A stretch of DNA of 59,853 nucleotides, the filler included. It is 6 parts of 6 records of this genome, joined end to end, with 100 filler letters (N's around TTAATTAATTAA, not from the genome) between each part and the next. Parts side by side here need not be neighbours in the genome. Positions count along the whole stretch, not along the records: positions 51,803 to 59,853 come from SRR31156797_63811; 5 more parts are not named here. One strand, 5' to 3'. Below the pieces are notes generated by a model, which was not told where the DNA came from, ran no database searches, and saw only the letters and a program-made list of their open reading frames with translations. Below are positions 58,399-59,853 of the stretch, one piece after another; the stretch's first letter is position 1, and each line of letters begins with the position of its first letter. The position numbers were made by a program, and so were the translations under genes.

Positions 58399-58845
58399 TC
58401 AGGAGGGGCGACGGGCGATGGTCCAGATGGAACAGAGGATGATTACGTCAGTCGATACGGCCAGAAGCCAGGTGGAGAAGTCAGGGTAGAAGGAGATATT
58501 GCCGTTGCGGATAACCAGCTCGGTCATAAACCGGACCAGTACGAGGCGGACGAACCAGAAGATGAAGATAAGAACCGATGAAAAGACGACCATTCGGCTG
58601 TCGCCGAAGCGGAAGAGCCCCAGTATAAGCAGCAGCCCCGCGATCAGGCTGATAATCCCCATCACCAGCTCGGTCTGCTGAACGGCCGGATTGGTCGCAT
58701 TGAAGATCCTGGCCACTTCCCTGGCGAAACCGGAGTTCTGAGACATATTGCTGAGGATGCCCTGGACTCCCAGGATCAGGAAAAACAGGGATACAGCGAG
58801 CTGCAGGAAAAAGATGGAGGCGCTACCGCTTCTTTGTCGTCTCAT
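58399..58845 (-). CDS. Hypothetical four-TM membrane protein, first gene of the recCB operon
   Basis: Four hydrophobic segments; stop 3 nt before the recC start. Confidence 0.75.
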   Translation of the reverse strand: MRRQRSGSASIFFLQLAVSLFFLILGVQGILSNMSQNSGFAREVARIFNATNPAVQQTELVMGIISLIAGLLLILGLFRFGDSRMVVFSSVLIFIFWFVRLVLVRFMTELVIRNGNISFYPDFSTWLLAVSTDVIILCSIWTIARRPS

Positions 58846-58957
58846 GAGATCAATCCTTACGATGGTGATTTGCTGCGTATAAAATAGCACGGATCAGGAA
58901 AGGAAGCAATTAAGCTTTTCTAATCGTCTCTTCCTTCCAGAGTCCCCTCCCTTCTTT

Positions 58958-59213
58958 TTATCCACAATTTATCCACAGGACTGTGGAAAAACAGGAATTC
59001 CTGTGAATTCATCAAATTTGACGAATTCAGCTCAAAACAGCTGAATTTCAGGGTTTCACACTCAGTGAACAGGAATTCAGCAGGGATTAGAGTTAAGTTT
59101 TCCCCCGCTTCGAACAGTTGTTATACAGTTTATCCACAACTTATCCACAATCTGTGGATAAATTCTGAGTTTTCCACAGACAGGCCCTCCGGTTTTCCCA
59201 CAACTTATCCACA
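58958..59213. promoter_or_regulatory. DnaA-box cluster (oriC-like or DnaA-titrating locus)
   Basis: Perfect TTATCCACA at 58958, 58969, 59130, 59141, 59205 and reverse at 59153; near-perfect TTTTCCACA at 59170 and reverse at 58982; TTTCCCACA at 59194. Confidence 0.85.
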
Positions 59214-59476
59214 GGCATGGGGAAGCAATCCCCCGCCCTCAGGCTGCGGACGATCGGGGCTGGTCATGCAAAAAAGTTAAAATTTCGGGTGGAATCGGAA
59301 AATAAGAATTATACTAGAAGTATGCGGTATCAATTCGAGTACTTTCATATTTACAGAGGAAAGCTGCTCTTGGGGGAGACCATAGACAATATGGAGGAAC
59401 TCCTTGAGCTCGCCGCGCTGGAGGATCTCAAAAAGGGATCGGAGAAGAGAAAAACGCCTCTCTTCACAACCTCTTC

Positions 59477-59853
59477 TCAGAGGGCGGTAAGCTCTTCGAG
59501 GTAGTCGCCGCTGACTGAGACATAGGAGTCTCCGTTCTTGCGAATGGCGTCGATCATTCCGGGTTTGAGCTCTTTCACTATTCTGGCCGGAGATCCTACG
59601 ACCAGGGACCGGTCGGGAACCTTCATCCCCTGGGGAACCAGACTGCCCGCACCTATCAGACAATCCCTACCGATCTCGGCACCGCTCAAGACGACGGCGT
59701 TCATTCCGATAAGGCAGTTGTCTCCGACCGTGCAGCCGTGTACGACGGCCCCGTGGCCGATGGTGACTCCTTCGCCGACGACGGTGGGGGCTCCCCGGTC
59801 CACATGGATGACCGCGCAATCCTGAACATTGCTGTTCTTTCCGACCGTGATGG
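59477..59853 (-). CDS. Gamma-class carbonic anhydrase family (YrdA/PaaY-like) hexapeptide-repeat protein, 5'-truncated
   Basis: SNVQDCAVIH, TIGHGAVVHGC, LIGMNAVV, GSPARIVK. Confidence 0.92.
   Translation of the reverse strand, partial: ITVGKNSNVQDCAVIHVDRGAPTVVGEGVTIGHGAVVHGCTVGDNCLIGMNAVVLSGAEIGRDCLIGAGSLVPQGMKVPDRSLVVGSPARIVKELKPGMIDAIRKNGDSYVSVSGDYLEELTAL

Noticed and set aside
59217-59504. Small + strand ORF after the DnaA boxes (ATG at 59322)
   Set aside because: It overlaps the 3' end of the gamma-CA gene, has a weak RBS and shows no recognisable similarity to DnaA or any other family.
1-59853. CRISPR arrays, tRNA/rRNA genes, transposases
   Set aside because: None were seen by eye; a covariance-model scan would be needed to exclude small RNAs and riboswitches.

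Overview
The window is not one genome. It is six unrelated contigs joined by artificial 100-bp linkers (44 N + TTAATTAATTAA + 44 N at 13181, 28757, 37025, 44269 and 51703), so gene neighbourhoods are meaningful only within a segment. (1) 1-13180 is an AT-rich bacterial iron island. It holds a ferrosome-like (fez) cluster: small GxxxG membrane proteins, a P1B-6-type ATPase (DYSCA/HNGT motifs) whose true start appears to be a non-canonical ATT, and a triple-FeoA protein. It also holds a feoA-feoB-periplasmic protein-DUF4198-Cys-rich operon, an ABC/DUF4857 operon, three Fur-box-like sites (one orphan, possibly driving an sRNA) and a truncated phoX. (2) 13281-28756 is GC-rich and planctomycete-like: an aminotransferase, a multiheme HzsA-like protein, an epimerase, a CBS-PAS protein and a His kinase-STAS-PilB/C/M/N/O-pilin operon with three sigma28-like promoters. 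(3) 28857-37024 is spirochaete-like: a sugar ABC importer, a GT-A-fold protein, a YesM/YesN-type two-component system and a nucleotide-sugar epimerase. (4) 37125-44268 carries a complete Shango-type anti-phage operon (TerB protein, ATPase, Lhr-like helicase) beside an AIR-synthase-like gene. (5) 44369-51702 is planctomycete-like: a sigma factor fragment, an FAD oxidoreductase, a POT transporter with a ~270-aa insertion at the position of the mammalian PepT extracellular domain, HtrA and PilT. (6) 51803-59853 holds recC-recB, a membrane protein, a dense DnaA-box cluster with no dnaA nearby and a gamma-carbonic anhydrase family gene. Taxonomic labels and family names come from motif recognition by eye; no database search was run.
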